Part shown: positions 1-12,699 of the stretch, piece after piece
Position numbering within the stretch: position 1 is the stretch's first letter
Layout of the letters: every line of letters begins with the position of its first letter
Assembly: GCA_964016885.1 (NCBI GenBank)
Contig: OZ024744.1
Location: forward strand, 117,428,001 to 117,492,000
Direction of reading: 5' to 3'
Source of the DNA: Eledone cirrhosa
Taxonomy: Eukaryota
DNA length: 64,000 nucleotides
Made by a program: the position numbers and the translations under genes
Notes under the pieces: generated by a model
What the model was told of the DNA's origin: nothing
Seen by the model: only the letters and a program-made list of their open reading frames with translations
Databases searched by the model: none

Positions 1-830
1 AGTCCTGACAACCTCCATCTGTGGGGCTCTGTGAGAGTCCTGACACTTCCATCTATGGAGCTCTGTGAGAGTCCTGACACTTCCATCTATGGGGCTCTGT
101 GAGAGTCCTGACACTTCCATCTGTGGGGCTCTGTGAGAGTCCTGACACTTCCATCTGTGGGACTCTGTAAGAGTCCTGACACTTCCATCTATGGGGCTCT
201 GTGAGAGTCCTGACACTTCCATCTATGGAGCTCTGTGAGAGTCCTGACACTTCCATCTATGGGGCTCTGTAAGAGTCCTGATACTTCCATCTATGGGGCT
301 CTGTGAGAGTCCTGACACTTCCATCTGTGGGGCTCTGTGAGAGTCCTGACACTTCCATCTATGGGGCTCTGTGAGAGTCCTGACAACCTCCATCTGTGGA
401 GCTCTGTGAGAGTCCTGACACTTCCATCTGTGGGACTCTGTGAGAGTCCTGACAACCTCCATCTGTGGAGCTCTGTGAGAGTCCTGACACTTCCATCTGT
501 GGAGCTCTGTGAGAGTCCTGACACTTCCATCTGTGGGACTCTGTGAGAGTCCTGACACTTCCATCTGTGGGGCTCTGTGAGAGTCCTGACACTTCCATCT
601 ATGGGGCTCTGTGAGAGTCCTGACACTTCCATCTGTGGGGCTCTGTGAGAGTCCTGACACTTCCATCTGTGGGGCTCTGTGAGAGTCCTGACACTTCCAT
701 CTATGGAGCTCTGTGAGAGTCCTGACACTTCCATCTATGGAGCTCTGTGAGAGTCCTGACACTTCCATCTGTGGGGCTCTGTAAGAGTCCTGACAACCTC
801 CATCTGTGGGGCTCTGTGAGAGTCCTGACA
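1..830. repeat. 34-bp (occasionally 35-bp) minisatellite, ~24 copies, truncated by window start
   Basis: Unit AGTCCTGACACTTCCATCT(A/G)TGG(G/A)GCTCTGTGAG repeated head to tail; the overlapping minus-strand ORFs are repeat translations. Confidence 0.95.
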
Positions 831-904
831 AGTCATCAAGTATTTCTGTTAATAGAAAACATGTAAAATATGAACCAATTAAGTAGAGGGTGGGGGTGGA
901 ACTA

Positions 905-1107
905 TACAAGGGTTTGTTGAAAAGTTCATTGGCTGACCAAGATACTCTCATGGAATGACCAAATGAGGTTTGCTTTTCAACATAGTTCCTGGAAAGAAAC
1001 AATACAGTTATCAATAAGGAGAGTTTAAATTAATGATATGTAAGATTTCACAGCTCTAGCATCACTCCTTCATAGTCAGCTTATGATCTTTTCAGCTGAC
1101 CCTCATA
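905..1107. mobile_element. Degenerate Tc1/mariner-type MITE
   Basis: Imperfect terminal inverted repeats TACAAGGGTTTGTTGAAAAGTTCATTGGCTGAC ... GTCAGCTTATGATCTTTTCAGCTGACCCTCATA, with TA at the ends. Confidence 0.45.
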
Positions 1108-1537
1108 GATATCATCTGACATCAATTTCCCTCTAAATTTGAGACGTTTTGTGATGCATTAATTTCAATAACAGCCAAACATTGCATATTAAATCATGCG
1201 AAACCATTTTGCTGGTTTGAGAGCTGATGAGGGTGAAGATGTGTATGTAAACATGTCTTGTACATCACCTTTCTTTATTTCATTCTTACAGTCACTTCCG
1301 TGTGTCAACACACTTCTCCTTGTCCTCCTTTTCTCAATTTTTTCTATATTTCATCTTGTGGATTTTCTCTCTGCTGACCACTGACCTCTGTCCTCTGAAG
1401 CATGTTTGCCCATTGCTGTCGTTGACAGAATTTGACTGTTTTAACAGCTGTTCTGGCGATGAGTTTTTATACGAATTCAAACATCACACTCTTTTATCAA
1501 CTTTACCTCTAAATTTTTTTTTATTTCTCTCTTTCAG

Positions 1538-1639
1538 GAAGGGTTAAAGGTCAGCATTATGAAAAAACTTGATGTCCTTTGTGAGGCCAAACAAAGTGTA
1601 GAAAGAGAAATTCTGGAAATCAACTGTTTGGGAGAAAAG
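1538..1639 (+). CDS. Shroom: Shroom-family protein, ASD2 (SD2) domain, internal coding exon
   Basis: Polypyrimidine tract plus ttcAG acceptor and GT donor at 1640. 102 nt, phase 0: EGLKVSIMKKLDVLCEAKQSVEREILEINCLGEK, matching the start of Shroom ASD2 (recalled ELIESISRKLQVLREA...N..LG.E). In frame with the next two exons. Confidence 0.85.
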
Positions 1640-2720
1640 GTTTGTTTTTTTATATTTTAGAAATTGACTTTTTTATATGCAATGTTTGTGCATCCATTCC
1701 ATGCCTCCCAGGACAGGTCGCAGGCCCTGCTACAGTATTTTTTTAACAGGCCTCTCTACCTAAGGCCAGAATGTGTCCCATGTCAACCTGCTCAAACGAT
1801 GATGGGGTATGATTCTATTTCTTATCTCTCACCATCTTGTAGTTGGTTCTTATTCATTCCAGTCATCAATCTGATACTTTCTCAAACCCATGAAGACTCG
1901 GCTTATTTGGAGGTGGCCATAGCTACATCACTGAGTTGAGCAAGATGGTTGGATAACATCCATGAGCTCAGGTGGTCTCAGGAATGAATCACTGGACAGA
2001 TTTTAAGGGAAAAACCAACTGGCAGGAGACCCAGAGGTAGACCCTGAGCAAGATGGTTGGATAACATCCATAAACATGGCTGGTTTTACTTGGGGATCCA
2101 GCTAGATCAGTTGGAAATGATTGCTTCTGAGAGGACCTACTGGAAGAAGTGTTTGAGGACTCTGCTCCCACGACCTTCTCAGGAATAAGTTGAAGATCTG
2201 TGAAGAGGTCGAGGGTCTCCAGAGTCTGGTGCTCCAGCAGCACTAGTTATTATTGTGACTCACCAATGCTGATGTGAAGACCAACCTTCAAGCTGATGTT
2301 ACTAAGATTGGTGCTGGTCATGCCTTGTCTTGTCATAGATTTTCTTTCTTTTTCTCTTTTGAGAATACATTTACTGAGAAGACATCATCATTATCATCAT
2401 CATTTAAAGCCTACTTTTGCATGGGTTAGACTGGTTGTCGTGTCCAGTGGTTAGACAAATCAGGTGACGAAATCTTCCTTATGTGTTCCATCTTTACATT
2501 TGGATTCTATGGTTGAATGCTCCTCCTATTGCCAATGCCGACCACATTACAAATTGTACATCGCTATGAAAACATAACAGTCAAGTCAGTATTAACATTT
2601 AACAGAGAGGGGGAGAGAGAGAGAGAGAGAGAGACAGATTGACAGAGAGAGATAAAGCATTAAAAAATTAATTATAAAAGTATGGTTGTAAGATAAACAC
2701 TTTAGTATTTTCACAATTAT

Positions 2721-3116
2721 GTAAAGCCTTTTTATGAAAATAACATAGTATATATAGAGTATGTAAATGTTATGTGAGATATTATGTGAGGTAAAGCCTT
2801 TACTGTGAAAATACAATAGTATATATAGAGTATGTAAATGTTATGTGAGATATTATGTGAGGTAAAGCCTTTACTGTGAAAATACAATAGTATATATAGA
2901 GTAATGTAAATGTTATGTGAGATATTATGTGAGGTAAAGCCTTTACTGTGAAAATACAATAGTATATATAGAGTAACGTAAATGTTATGTGAGATATTAT
3001 GTGAGGTAAAGCCTTTACTGTGAAAATATAATAGTATATATAGAGTAATGTAAATGTTATGTGAGGTATTATGTGAGGTAAAGCCTTTACTGTGACAATA
3101 CAATAGTATATATAGT
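2721..3116. repeat. 60/72-bp AT-rich satellite, block 1 (degenerate left edge)
   Basis: Unit AATGTAAATGTTATGTGAG[ATATTATGTGAG]GTAAAGCCTTTACTGTGAAAATACAATAGTATATATAGAGT. Confidence 0.93.
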
Positions 3117-3353
3117 GGTTTCTTTATTTGCCACTAGGGCACAAAAGGTAGGGACAGATACAAGGGGGGAAGTTTACATATAATTAACGAGTACAAAAAT
3201 ATAACAATGAAATAACAACAACAAACGAAGTCCTCAATAGGGAGGGGGCATTAACATGGGTCGCACACACCCCGGAAAAAATGTGTAACCCTTCTCCTCA
3301 GGAGCACAAAGAGTAGGTGCTTCCCTCGTCTCCGCTTTTTCCTCTTCTTTCAC

Positions 3354-6300
3354 CTACAGGCTGATATAGAGAGAAGACCCATTCACTCTGGCCATTCTCC
3401 CTACTTTCACCCACCTTTCATAAAACTTGCTGGGGTAGAGCACCTCTCTCTCCATTCTGATCCTTCTTTTAAAATGGTATTTGAAAAAGGGGACCAGTTG
3501 TTGGCCGGAGAGAAAGGTGTCTGACCTCAGCCCTTTCAGCCTCGTCCACCATACAACTTCTTTAGCCATGGCTACCACACAGAGAAAAACCGCCTCTCCT
3601 TCGTTTTTGAAAGGGGGAGGCGGTTTGATCGTGACAATGGACTCGGTGGTCAACCGGATTGGTCCCACCCTCGACAGTAGTCGTTCCACATAGCCCCACA
3701 GGTCAGCAATGCCTGGGCAGTGTACGAATGCGTGCGCAACGGTTTCGTCATCATGCACGCATCTCGGACAGATCTTATTCAAAGGATCTCTACCCAGGCT
3801 CCCATGCCTGTGGAGCTTGTCTCGAACGGGTAGAGCCCCTCGGTAGCACTGCCAAGCCAGGGACTTTTGGAAGTTGTCCATCGGTCCAGGGCCAAACGTC
3901 CTACCGAACAGACTGGCCAGTTCATCTTCCTCCATGCCTAGAGCTTCTCCGAGAGCATCGTCGCACCTGCTGCGTACCAACCCTCTATAGAATGTCGAGG
4001 TGGAGTCTCCACTGATTGCCGGGTCCGCTTTCCAGAGGGCCGTGAGCGCCTGGGCACATTCAATGTGCCAGTCGCCCACTTTTCTCGGTCTTTGCTTGAC
4101 CCAGGATTGCAGCTCGGTGAGCGAGACGAGTCTGGGAAAGGCTCGCCTCACAAACGAGGCACACACCGGTTGACCGGTGAGGAATACCTAGAGGTGCCGT
4201 AGCCTTAATGCGTGTTTACGCATCTGTAGCCACGGCATCCCCAGCCCTCCTTTCGAAGGGTGTTGACAGCAGATGGATCTCCTCACCAAAGGGGTCCGCT
4301 TGTTCCAAAGAAATTGGAACAGCGCGCACTCCATTTTGGCGAGTCTTTTCACTGGGCAAGGCACGACGGTCAAGCGGTAGTAGATGACGGATGCTATATA
4401 AGTATTCGCCACCTCCGCTCGACCTTTCAGGGATAGTTTGCACTGGGCCCACTTCTGGGTGAGTGCAAACACCCTGGCCGTTACCTCGTTCCAGTTTTTC
4501 TCCACCTGGAGGTCTGGTCCGAACCAGACCCCAAGCAGCTTCACCGGGCCCTCCGTCCAGCGTCCGACGACGTCGTTGGAGGGCATCGGTTTGCCTCTCC
4601 ATGTTCCGAGTTGCAAACCGACGGACTTGTCCCGGTTCAGCTTGGCTCCTGTAAACCTTTCATATTCCTCCAGTAAGGTGCCGATCTCACCGATTTGCGA
4701 GGTTTTCGACACCATTACTGTCACGTCATCGGCGTAGGCCGACGCCGCTTTCTGCAATCCCGGTTCCAAAGGGATGCCCTGCAACCGCTCCAACTTCCGC
4801 AGTAGTGGCTCAAGAGCCAGCACATACAGTAGGGAGGAGAGAGGGCATCCCTGTCGGATGGATCGCATGATTTGGAACGGCTCCGAGAGGTGGCCGTTCA
4901 CCTTGACCCTTGAGCAGACGTTGCTGCTGTGCATCGCAGCAATCCAACCCCTGAAAACGGGTCCGAAGCCTGCCGCCGCGAGCACCGCATCCAGGTAACG
5001 ATGGTCAACCCTATCGAAAGCTTTAGATTGATCCAAGTTGATCAGGGCCCCACCAAAGCCGGGTTCATTCCCTACCCTCTCTATGATGTATCGCATAAGG
5101 TGGAGATTGTCGTGAATGGACCTGGACGGGATTGCGCATGTCTGCGCTTCTCCCACCAGGTTTCCAACGACAAGCGCCAACCTCTTCGCTAACACCTTGG
5201 CCAAAATCTTTAACTCTGTATTTAGCAGAGTTATGGGCCTGAAGTTACTTATGTCATCCCCCTTGTTCTCATCCTTCCTCACCAGCGTAACTACGCCCTT
5301 GGTCACAGAACTGGGAATTCTCCCGTTCTGCTGCCAGCTGCAGTAGACCGCTTCGAGGATATCGGAGAACAAGTCCGGCATCGCTACATATAGCTCGTAT
5401 GGTAGACCATCGAGACCCGGGGATTTGCGTTTGCCGCATTGGCTCAGCGCCGCCCCTATCTCAGCAGCTGAAATCGTCCTTTCGCAGGACTTCGCCTCCG
5501 CGTCCGAGAGGCGCGGCAGACCGTCGAGGTATGGATTGAAATCCATAGTCTCACCCGGCGCGCCGCCCCTCTCGAACAGTCGTGCAAAGTGCCGCTGAAA
5601 GGCCGCACACATCTGCCCGGGTTCAAGGATCACACGCCCATCCTGGTCCTTCAAAGACCGAATCGTGGACTTGTTCCCACTTTTTGCCTCTGTCACTCGG
5701 GCCTAGCTTACAGCTTTGGCTCCCTCATTACCCAGAGCACGTATTTTACTCCTGACAACGCAGCCTTCATGCTTCACCTCAAAGAACTGGTCTAAGGCCA
5801 TTCTTGATGCCAGCACGCCGGCTACATTGCCACTCCTAATCGCCTCTTCTACTCTATCTACTAATTCCCTTTCCGTCTTGTTCCTATCCCTTGCTAATTC
5901 CTGACTAAAACCTATCGATTCTATTCTAATTGCTCTCTTAAGAGAGCTCCACCACCTGTTGTTGACAATTGCCCCTGTCAAACTCTGCTTAACTAACGTG
6001 CTAATCCGTTTACTGTAAGCTTTGCTTCTCGGTAAGGACAAGTTCAGCTTCCAGTAACCGGGTCCCTGTCTATGGGTTCTATCAAGGTTGGCTATGCAGG
6101 TCACTAACTTGTGATCCGAATAGTCAACCATGAACATTTTTGGACAGCTAAATGTGTCCCTATCGTTCTCGCTAACTAGGACCCTATCTAGGTACGACCT
6201 AGATGTTCCACTGCGATTGGTCCACGTCCATAGTGGTACAGTCGGAAAATCTAGTCGATATCTATCGGCCAGGTCAAATCGGCCGATTAACCTTTTGAGG

Positions 6301-6791
6301 CTTTTACACCCCCCTCTATTGGCACATGCCCCTACATAGTCCCAACGTGCATCCAGGATACCATTCCAGTCCCCCACTAAATGCAAGGAGCGGGACGTTC
6401 CCAGAAAAGTTTCCAGACGTTGGAAGTATTCCGGCCGCGCTGCCCAAAAAGGGGCGTACACAGCTATTAGTCTAAGGGCTCCACTTTCACTACTGCCGAC
6501 GTCTAAAACCACCAGTCGACCCTCCGGGTCCAGGTGCACCTTCTGTATGGCGAGGCCCAGGTGTTTTCGCAGCAGAACGACAACTCCACCCCCACCCCCC
6601 GGTTGACAGAGAGATGCGAAGATCTCAAAGTCGTCGAAGAGGGGCGCCAGTTGGTGCTCGCTGCTGATCCTGGACTCGCAAATAGCCATTACATCCATTC
6701 TATGCGACCTGAGATCGTTTAAAAGTTTGCCTTGTTTCCAAGACAGTCCCAGGCCACGTACATTCAGACACCCAACTCTTATATCAGCCAT
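3354..6791 (-). pseudogene. Tx1 ORF2 (AP endonuclease + reverse transcriptase + zf-RVT-like), two premature stops
   Basis: APE motifs LNVRGL, VGDWN, YLDRVL, SDHK; RT motifs KSPGLDG, FRPITLLN, DQSKAFD, RQGCPLS, YADD; C-terminal CPRC...ETVAHAFVHC. In-frame TAG at 5703 and 4188 where copy 3 reads W and Q. Confidence 0.92.
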
Positions 6792-6812
6792 GTTGGTTAA
6801 AAGAGGAAGGAC

Positions 6813-8555
6813 CTACCTGTTCGGCTCCTGAGGAGCAGGTTGCACAATATCCATGGGCGTATTGGAGGGGTTGTTTGGTGGGGTGTTGTTCTGTGGTGGA
6901 GTGGGGGTGTTTGGTGAGGTGTGGGTGGGGAAACGTTTCAAGAGGACGCGGTTATAGGGTCGAGTACATGTTTTCCCCACGTCCTCAGGAAAGTTCTCTC
7001 TTAGTTTTGCATAGGTGTCCATTGGGAGTCTTATCATTTTTAAATGCGGTTTGTTGGCCGCGCTTGCAAAGAATTGTCCTTCAGTTTCCACCAAAGGGTC
7101 TTTGTGTATTGTTTTTACTAGTTCTTTGTTATTTGTGTTAATGTATGTATACTGTTTTATTTGTGTTGTGTTTGTTTGTTGTTCTTGTGTGTGCTTACGT
7201 TTTGTTGTATGTGTTATGTTTTGGGGTGGGGCGGATTTTGTTTGTTCTGTTTGTTTTGTTTTTGTTGGTGGTTGTGTGTTTGTTTCGTTTGTGTTCGAGT
7301 GGTGCTTTCTTTTTTTCCTTTTTACAGGTTGGAAGGGTTCCCCCTCTTCGTCACTAGGTGCCGTTTCCGCTGGGTCCTCGTCCGTGCTGTCGGGTAGTGG
7401 TGTATTTTGGGGTTTTGTTGTATTTGTGTGTGTTTTGGGAGTTGTTTTGGGTGGGGCTGTGTCTTGTGTTATTTTTCCCTGTTGTTTTTGTTGTTGTTGT
7501 GGTGGTGGTGGTGGAGGTGGTGGTGGTGGTGGTGGTGGCGGTGGTGGTGTGTGGGGTGTAGGCAAAAGAGCCTTTTTTTTTGTCAATTGAGGACAAGCAG
7601 CCCTTAGATGACCCCTGCTTGAACAGTAGTAACATATTGTCCTCCTACCCTCGGCTGAAATATATATAAATGTTTCTCCATCGAGGGACACCCTCTGTGG
7701 TATTCTAGCGATTCGTTCTGGTCTCATTTGGACCAGAACCTCCACGCTCAAACCGCCGAAAACGTCTGTGGTGACTTCTCCTACTGAGAGGATTCCGTCC
7801 TCGTCTTCTAAAAACCCTGTTAGTACCCAGGAAATGCATGCATTTGGCCGGATTCCGGAGACCCTTATCTTCTGCGTTCTTTTCCCTAAATATGTGGGGA
7901 AAAATGTATGTAGCTTGGAAACAATTGGTGCCACAGAGTATTTCCTGGCCGTCAATTGATCCTTCATTAGGACCGTTATATTCCCATAGAGTGGCCCTTT
8001 TTGTATGAACGATATATCACTCCACTCATTTTTTAGGACCAGCTCAATCTCTTTTTGGGATAATTGAGTTGGTTTCCTTGTTATGTTGGAAATTGTTCTG
8101 AAAGATATCGTTCTTAGCGTCGTGTCTCTTTTGATTTCTTGTGGGGAGGTGATTGTGAAGTCTCCTCCTTCTTTGAAAGTTACATACTGTTTCGCTTCCT
8201 TCATCTTTTCTCTCAGAGTTGTAATGTCCAGTTGCTTGCAGGTTTGTGTTTTCCGGACCGCCTGTGCAAAGGAGGTACCAGTAGTGGGTTCGCTTTGTTT
8301 GGTGTTATCGTTATTTTTTCCTTGGTTGGTGTTGTGACTATTGCTGTTATTGTCGTTGTTGTTTTTGTCTGCGTTTATGTGACTTTCTGGGTTTTCACCC
8401 ATTTTTTCAAATTTTTCTTTTAATTCCGTGTTCCATGTTTCTTTTGCAGAAGTCAGGAGGGAAGACTTAGAGCCTTGTGCTTCTAGCTTCTCTGTATCAC
8501 CTTTCTTAGGGGGCGTGGCTTTCACGTTAGGATGAGATGTGAAAATTCCGTCCAT
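6813..8555 (-). CDS. Tx1 ORF1 nucleic-acid-binding protein (CCHC zinc knuckle, poly-Pro, basic NLS-like KRKKRK)
   Basis: CYYCSSRGHLRAAC = CX2CX4HX4C. First ATG (MDGIF) at 8555; lies directly upstream of ORF2. Confidence 0.85.
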   Translation of the reverse strand: MDGIFTSHPNVKATPPKKGDTEKLEAQGSKSSLLTSAKETWNTELKEKFEKMGENPESHINADKNNNDNNSNSHNTNQGKNNDNTKQSEPTTGTSFAQAVRKTQTCKQLDITTLREKMKEAKQYVTFKEGGDFTITSPQEIKRDTTLRTISFRTISNITRKPTQLSQKEIELVLKNEWSDISFIQKGPLYGNITVLMKDQLTARKYSVAPIVSKLHTFFPTYLGKRTQKIRVSGIRPNACISWVLTGFLEDEDGILSVGEVTTDVFGGLSVEVLVQMRPERIARIPQRVSLDGETFIYISAEGRRTICYYCSSRGHLRAACPQLTKKKALLPTPHTPPPPPPPPPPPPPPPPQQQQKQQGKITQDTAPPKTTPKTHTNTTKPQNTPLPDSTDEDPAETAPSDEEGEPFQPVKRKKRKHHSNTNETNTQPPTKTKQTEQTKSAPPQNITHTTKRKHTQEQQTNTTQIKQYTYINTNNKELVKTIHKDPLVETEGQFFASAANKPHLKMIRLPMDTYAKLRENFPEDVGKTCTRPYNRVLLKRFPTHTSPNTPTPPQNNTPPNNPSNTPMDIVQPAPQEPNR

Positions 8556-8766
8556 TTCTATTAGTTTGCCGTAATAAATTTTTAACTGGAAAATTCGCCC
8601 CAAAAAGGGGCGAAAATAAATAAACTCAAAGTTTGACGACCAAGGCAAGGGGTTAACGTATATTACAGTATAAAAAAATTAATCAAAACTCACTTTTTGA
8701 GTAAGTAAATCCGACTCGGTAGCCGAGCTTGTTCACACACGTCAACACACGTCTCTCGTATACGAG

Positions 8767-9707
8767 ATGTTATGTGAGATATTATGTGAGGTAAAGCCTT
8801 TACTGTGAAAATACAATAGTATATATAGAGTAATGTAAATGTTATGTGAGGTATTATGTAAGGTAAAGCCTTTACTGTGAAAATACAATAGTATATATAG
8901 AGTAATATAAATGTTATGTGAGATATTATGTGAGGTAAAGCCTTTACTGTGAAAATACAATAGTATATATAGTGTAATGTAAATGTTATGTGAGATATTA
9001 TGTGAGGTAAAGCCTTTACTGTGAAAATATAATAGTATATATAGAGTAATGTAAATGTTATGTGAGATATTATGTGAGGTAAAGCCTTTACTGTGAAAAT
9101 ATAATAGTATATATAGAGTAATGTAAATGTTATGTGAGGTATTATGTGAGGTAAAGCCTTTACTGTGAAAATACAATAGTATATATAGTGTAATGTAAAT
9201 GTTATGTGAGATATTATGTGAGGTAAAGCCTTTACTGTGAAAATACAATAGTATATATAGAGTAATGTAAATGTTATGTGAGATATTATGTGAGGTAAAG
9301 CCTTTACTGTGAAAATATAATAGTATATATAGAGTAATGTAAATGTTATGTGAGGTATTATGTGAGGTAAAGCCTTTACTGTGAAAATACAATAGTATAT
9401 ATAGTGTAATGTAAATGTTATGTGAGGTAAAGACTCTACTGTGAAAATACAATAGTATATATAGAGTAATGTAAATGTTATGTGAGGTAAAGCCTTTACT
9501 GTGAAAATACAATAGTATATATAGAGTAATGTAAATGTTATGTGAGGTAAAGACTCTACTGTGAAAATACAATAGTATATATAGTGTAATGTAAATGTTA
9601 TGTGAGGTAAAGACTCTACTGTGAAAATACAATAGTATATATAGAGTAATGTAAATGTTATGTGAGGTAAAGACTCTACTGTGAAAATACAATAGTATAT
9701 ATAGAGT
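8767..9707. repeat. 60/72-bp satellite, block 2
   Basis: Same unit as block 1; 72- and 60-bp variants differ by a 12-bp indel. Confidence 0.95.
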
Positions 9708-11547
9708 GGTTTCTTTATTTGCCACCAGGGCACAAAAGGTAGGGACAGATACAAGGGGGGAAGTTTACATATAATTAACGAGTACAAAAATATAACAATG
9801 AAATAACAACAACAAACGAAGTCCTCAATAGGGAGGGGGCATTAACATGGGTCGCACACACCCCGGAAAAAATGTGCAACCCTTCTCCTCAGGAGCACAA
9901 AGAGTAGGTGCTTGCCTCGTCTCCTCTTTTTCCTCTTCTTTCACCTACAGACTGATATAGAGAGAAGACCCATTCACTCTGGCCATTCTCCCTACTTTCA
10001 CCGACCTTTCATAAAACTTGCTGGGGTAGAGCACCTCTCTCTCCATTCTGATCCTTCTTTTAAAATGGTATTTGAAAAGGGGGACCAGTTGTTGGCCGGA
10101 GAGAAAGGTGTCTGACCTCAGCCCTTTCAGCCTCGTCCACCATACAACTTCTTTAGCCATGGCTATCACACAGAGAAAAACCGCCTCTCCTTCGTTTTTA
10201 AAAGGGGGAGGCGGTTTGATCGTGACAATGGACTCGGTGGTCAACCGGATTGGTCCCACCCTCGACAGTAGTCGTTCCACATAGCCCCACAGGTCAGCAA
10301 TGCCTGGGCAGTGTACGAATGCGTGCGCAACGGTTTCGTCGTCATGCACACATCTCGGACAGATCTTATTCAAAGGATCCCTACCCAGGCTCCCATGCCT
10401 GTGGAGCTTGTCTCGAACGGGTAGAGCCCCTCGGTAGCACTGCCAGGCCAGGGACTTTTGGAAGTTGTCCATCGGTCCAGGGCCAAACGTCCTACCGAAC
10501 AGACTGGCCAGTTCATCTTCCTCCATGCCTAGAGCTTCTCCGAGAGCATCGTCGCACCTGCTGCATACCAACCCTCTATAGAATGTCGAGGTGGAGTCTC
10601 CACTGATTGCCGGGTCTGCTTTCCTGAGGGCCGTGAGCGCCTGGGCACATTCAATGTGCCAGTTGCCCACTTTTCTCGGTCTTTGCTTGACCCAGGATTG
10701 CAGCTCGGTGAGCGAGACGAGTCTGGGAAAGGCTCGCCTCACAAACGGGGCCCACACTGGTTGACCGGTGAGGAATACCTGGAGATGCCGTAGCCTTAAT
10801 GCGTGTTTACGCATCTGTAGCCACGGCATCCCCAGCCCTCCTTTCGAAGGGTGTTGACAGCAGATGGATCTCCTCACCAAAGGGGTCCGCTTGTTCCAAA
10901 GAAATTGGAACAGCGCGCACTCAATTTTGGCGAGTCTTTTCACTGGGCAAGGCATGACGGTCAAGCGGTAGTAGATGACGGATGCTATATAAGTATTCGC
11001 CACCTCGCTCGACCTTTCAGGGATAGTTTGCACTGGGCCCACTTCTGGGTGAGTGCAAACACCCTGGCCGTTACCTCGTTCCAGTTTTTCTCCACCTGGA
11101 GGTCTGGTCCGAACCAGACCCCAAGCAGCTTCACCGGCCCCTCCGTCCAGCGTCCGACGATGTCATTGGAGGGCATCGGTTTGCCTCTCCATGTTCCGAG
11201 TTGCAAACCGACGGACTTGTCCCGGTTCAGCTTGGCTCCTGTAAACCTTTCATATTCCTCCAGTAAGGTGCCGATCTCACCGATTTGCGAGGTTTTCGAC
11301 ACCATTACTGTCACGTCATCGGCGTAGGCCGACGCCGCTTTCTGCAATCCCAGTTCCAAAGGGATGCCCTGCAACCGCTCCAACTTCCGCAGTAGTGGCT
11401 CAAGAGCCAGCACATACAGTAGGGAGGAGAGAGGGCATCCCTGTCGGATGGATCGCATGATTTGTAACGGCTCCGAGAGGTGGCCGTTCACCTTAACCCT
11501 TGAGCAGACGTTGCTGCTGTGCATCGCAGCAATCCAACCCCTGAAAA
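9708..11547 (-). mobile_element. Tx1 copy 2, 5'-truncated within RT, with 15-17 bp target-site duplication
   Basis: 3' 1.84 kb of the same element; 1-nt deletion frameshift near 11005; AATAGTATATATAGAGT at 9691-9707 and 11546-11562. Confidence 0.92.
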
Positions 11548-12462
11548 TAGTATATATAGAGTAATGTAAATGTTATGTGAGGTAAAGCCCTTACTGGGAA
11601 AATATAATAGTATATATAGAGTAATGTAAATGTTATGTGAGGTATTATGTGAGGTAAAGTCTTTACTGTGAAAATACAATAGTATATATAGAGTAATGTA
11701 AATGTTATGTGAGATATTATGTGAGGTAAAGCCTTTACTGTGAAAATATAATAGTATATATAGAGTAATGTAAATGTTATGTGAGGTAAAGCCTTTACTG
11801 TGAAAATATAATATTATATATAGAGTAATGTAAATGTTATGTGAGGTAAAGCCTTTACTGTGAAAATACAATAGTATATATAGAGTAATGTAAATGTTAT
11901 GTGAGGTATTATGTGAGGTAAAGTCTTTACTGTGAAAATACAATAGTATATATAGAGTAATGTAAATGTTATGTGAGGTATTATGTGAGGTAAAGTCTTT
12001 ACTGTGAAAATACAATAGTATATATAGAGTAATGTAAATGTTATGTGAGATATTATGTGAGGTAAAGCCCTTACTGGGAAAATATAATAGTATATATAGA
12101 GTAATGTAAATGTTATGTGAGATATTATGTGAGGTAAAGCCATTACTGGGAAAATATAATAGTATATATAGAGTAATGTAAATGTTATGTGAGATATTAT
12201 GTGAGGTAAAGCCCTTACTGGGAAAATATAATAGTATATATAGAGTAATGTAAATGTTATGTGAGATATTATGTGAGGTAAAGCCTTTACTGTGAAAATA
12301 CAGTAGTATATATAGAGTAATGTAAATGTTATGTGAGGTATTATATGAGGTAAAGCCCTTACTGGGAAAATATAATAGTATATATAGAGTAATGTAAATG
12401 TTATGTGAGATATTATCTGAGGTAAAGCCCTTACTGGGAAAATATAATAGTATATATAGAGT
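11546..12462. repeat. 60/72-bp satellite, block 3
   Basis: Same unit, with CCCTTACTGGG variants. Confidence 0.95.
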
Positions 12463-12699
12463 GGTTTCTTTATTTGCCACTAGGGCACAAAAGGTAGGGA
12501 CAGATACAAGGGGGGAAGTTTACATATAATTAACGAGTACAAAAGTATAACAATGAAATAACAACAACAAACGAAGTCCTCAATAGGGAGGGGGCATTAA
12601 CATGTGTCGCACACACCCCGGAAAAAATGTGTAACCCTTCTCCTCAGGAGCACAAAGAGTAGGTGCTTCCCTCGTCTCCTCTTTTTCCTCTTCTTTCAC

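Larger units (their letters stand above)
3117..8766 (-). mobile_element. Tx1-clade (L1 group) non-LTR retrotransposon, full-length copy 1
   Basis: ORF1 with CCHC knuckle, then ORF2 with APE, RT and a C-terminal cysteine motif; AATAAA near the 3' end; near-identical to copy 3. Confidence 0.92.

Noticed and set aside
1-830. CRISPR-like appearance of ~34-bp repeats (also the 26-bp and 48-bp arrays)
   Set aside because: Units are contiguous with no unique spacers, there are no cas genes, and the context is eukaryotic.
6875-7607. Hydrophobic Cys/Val/Gly-rich + strand ORFs (also 16221-16941)
   Set aside because: Antisense shadows of the low-complexity Thr/Gln/Pro region of Tx1 ORF1.
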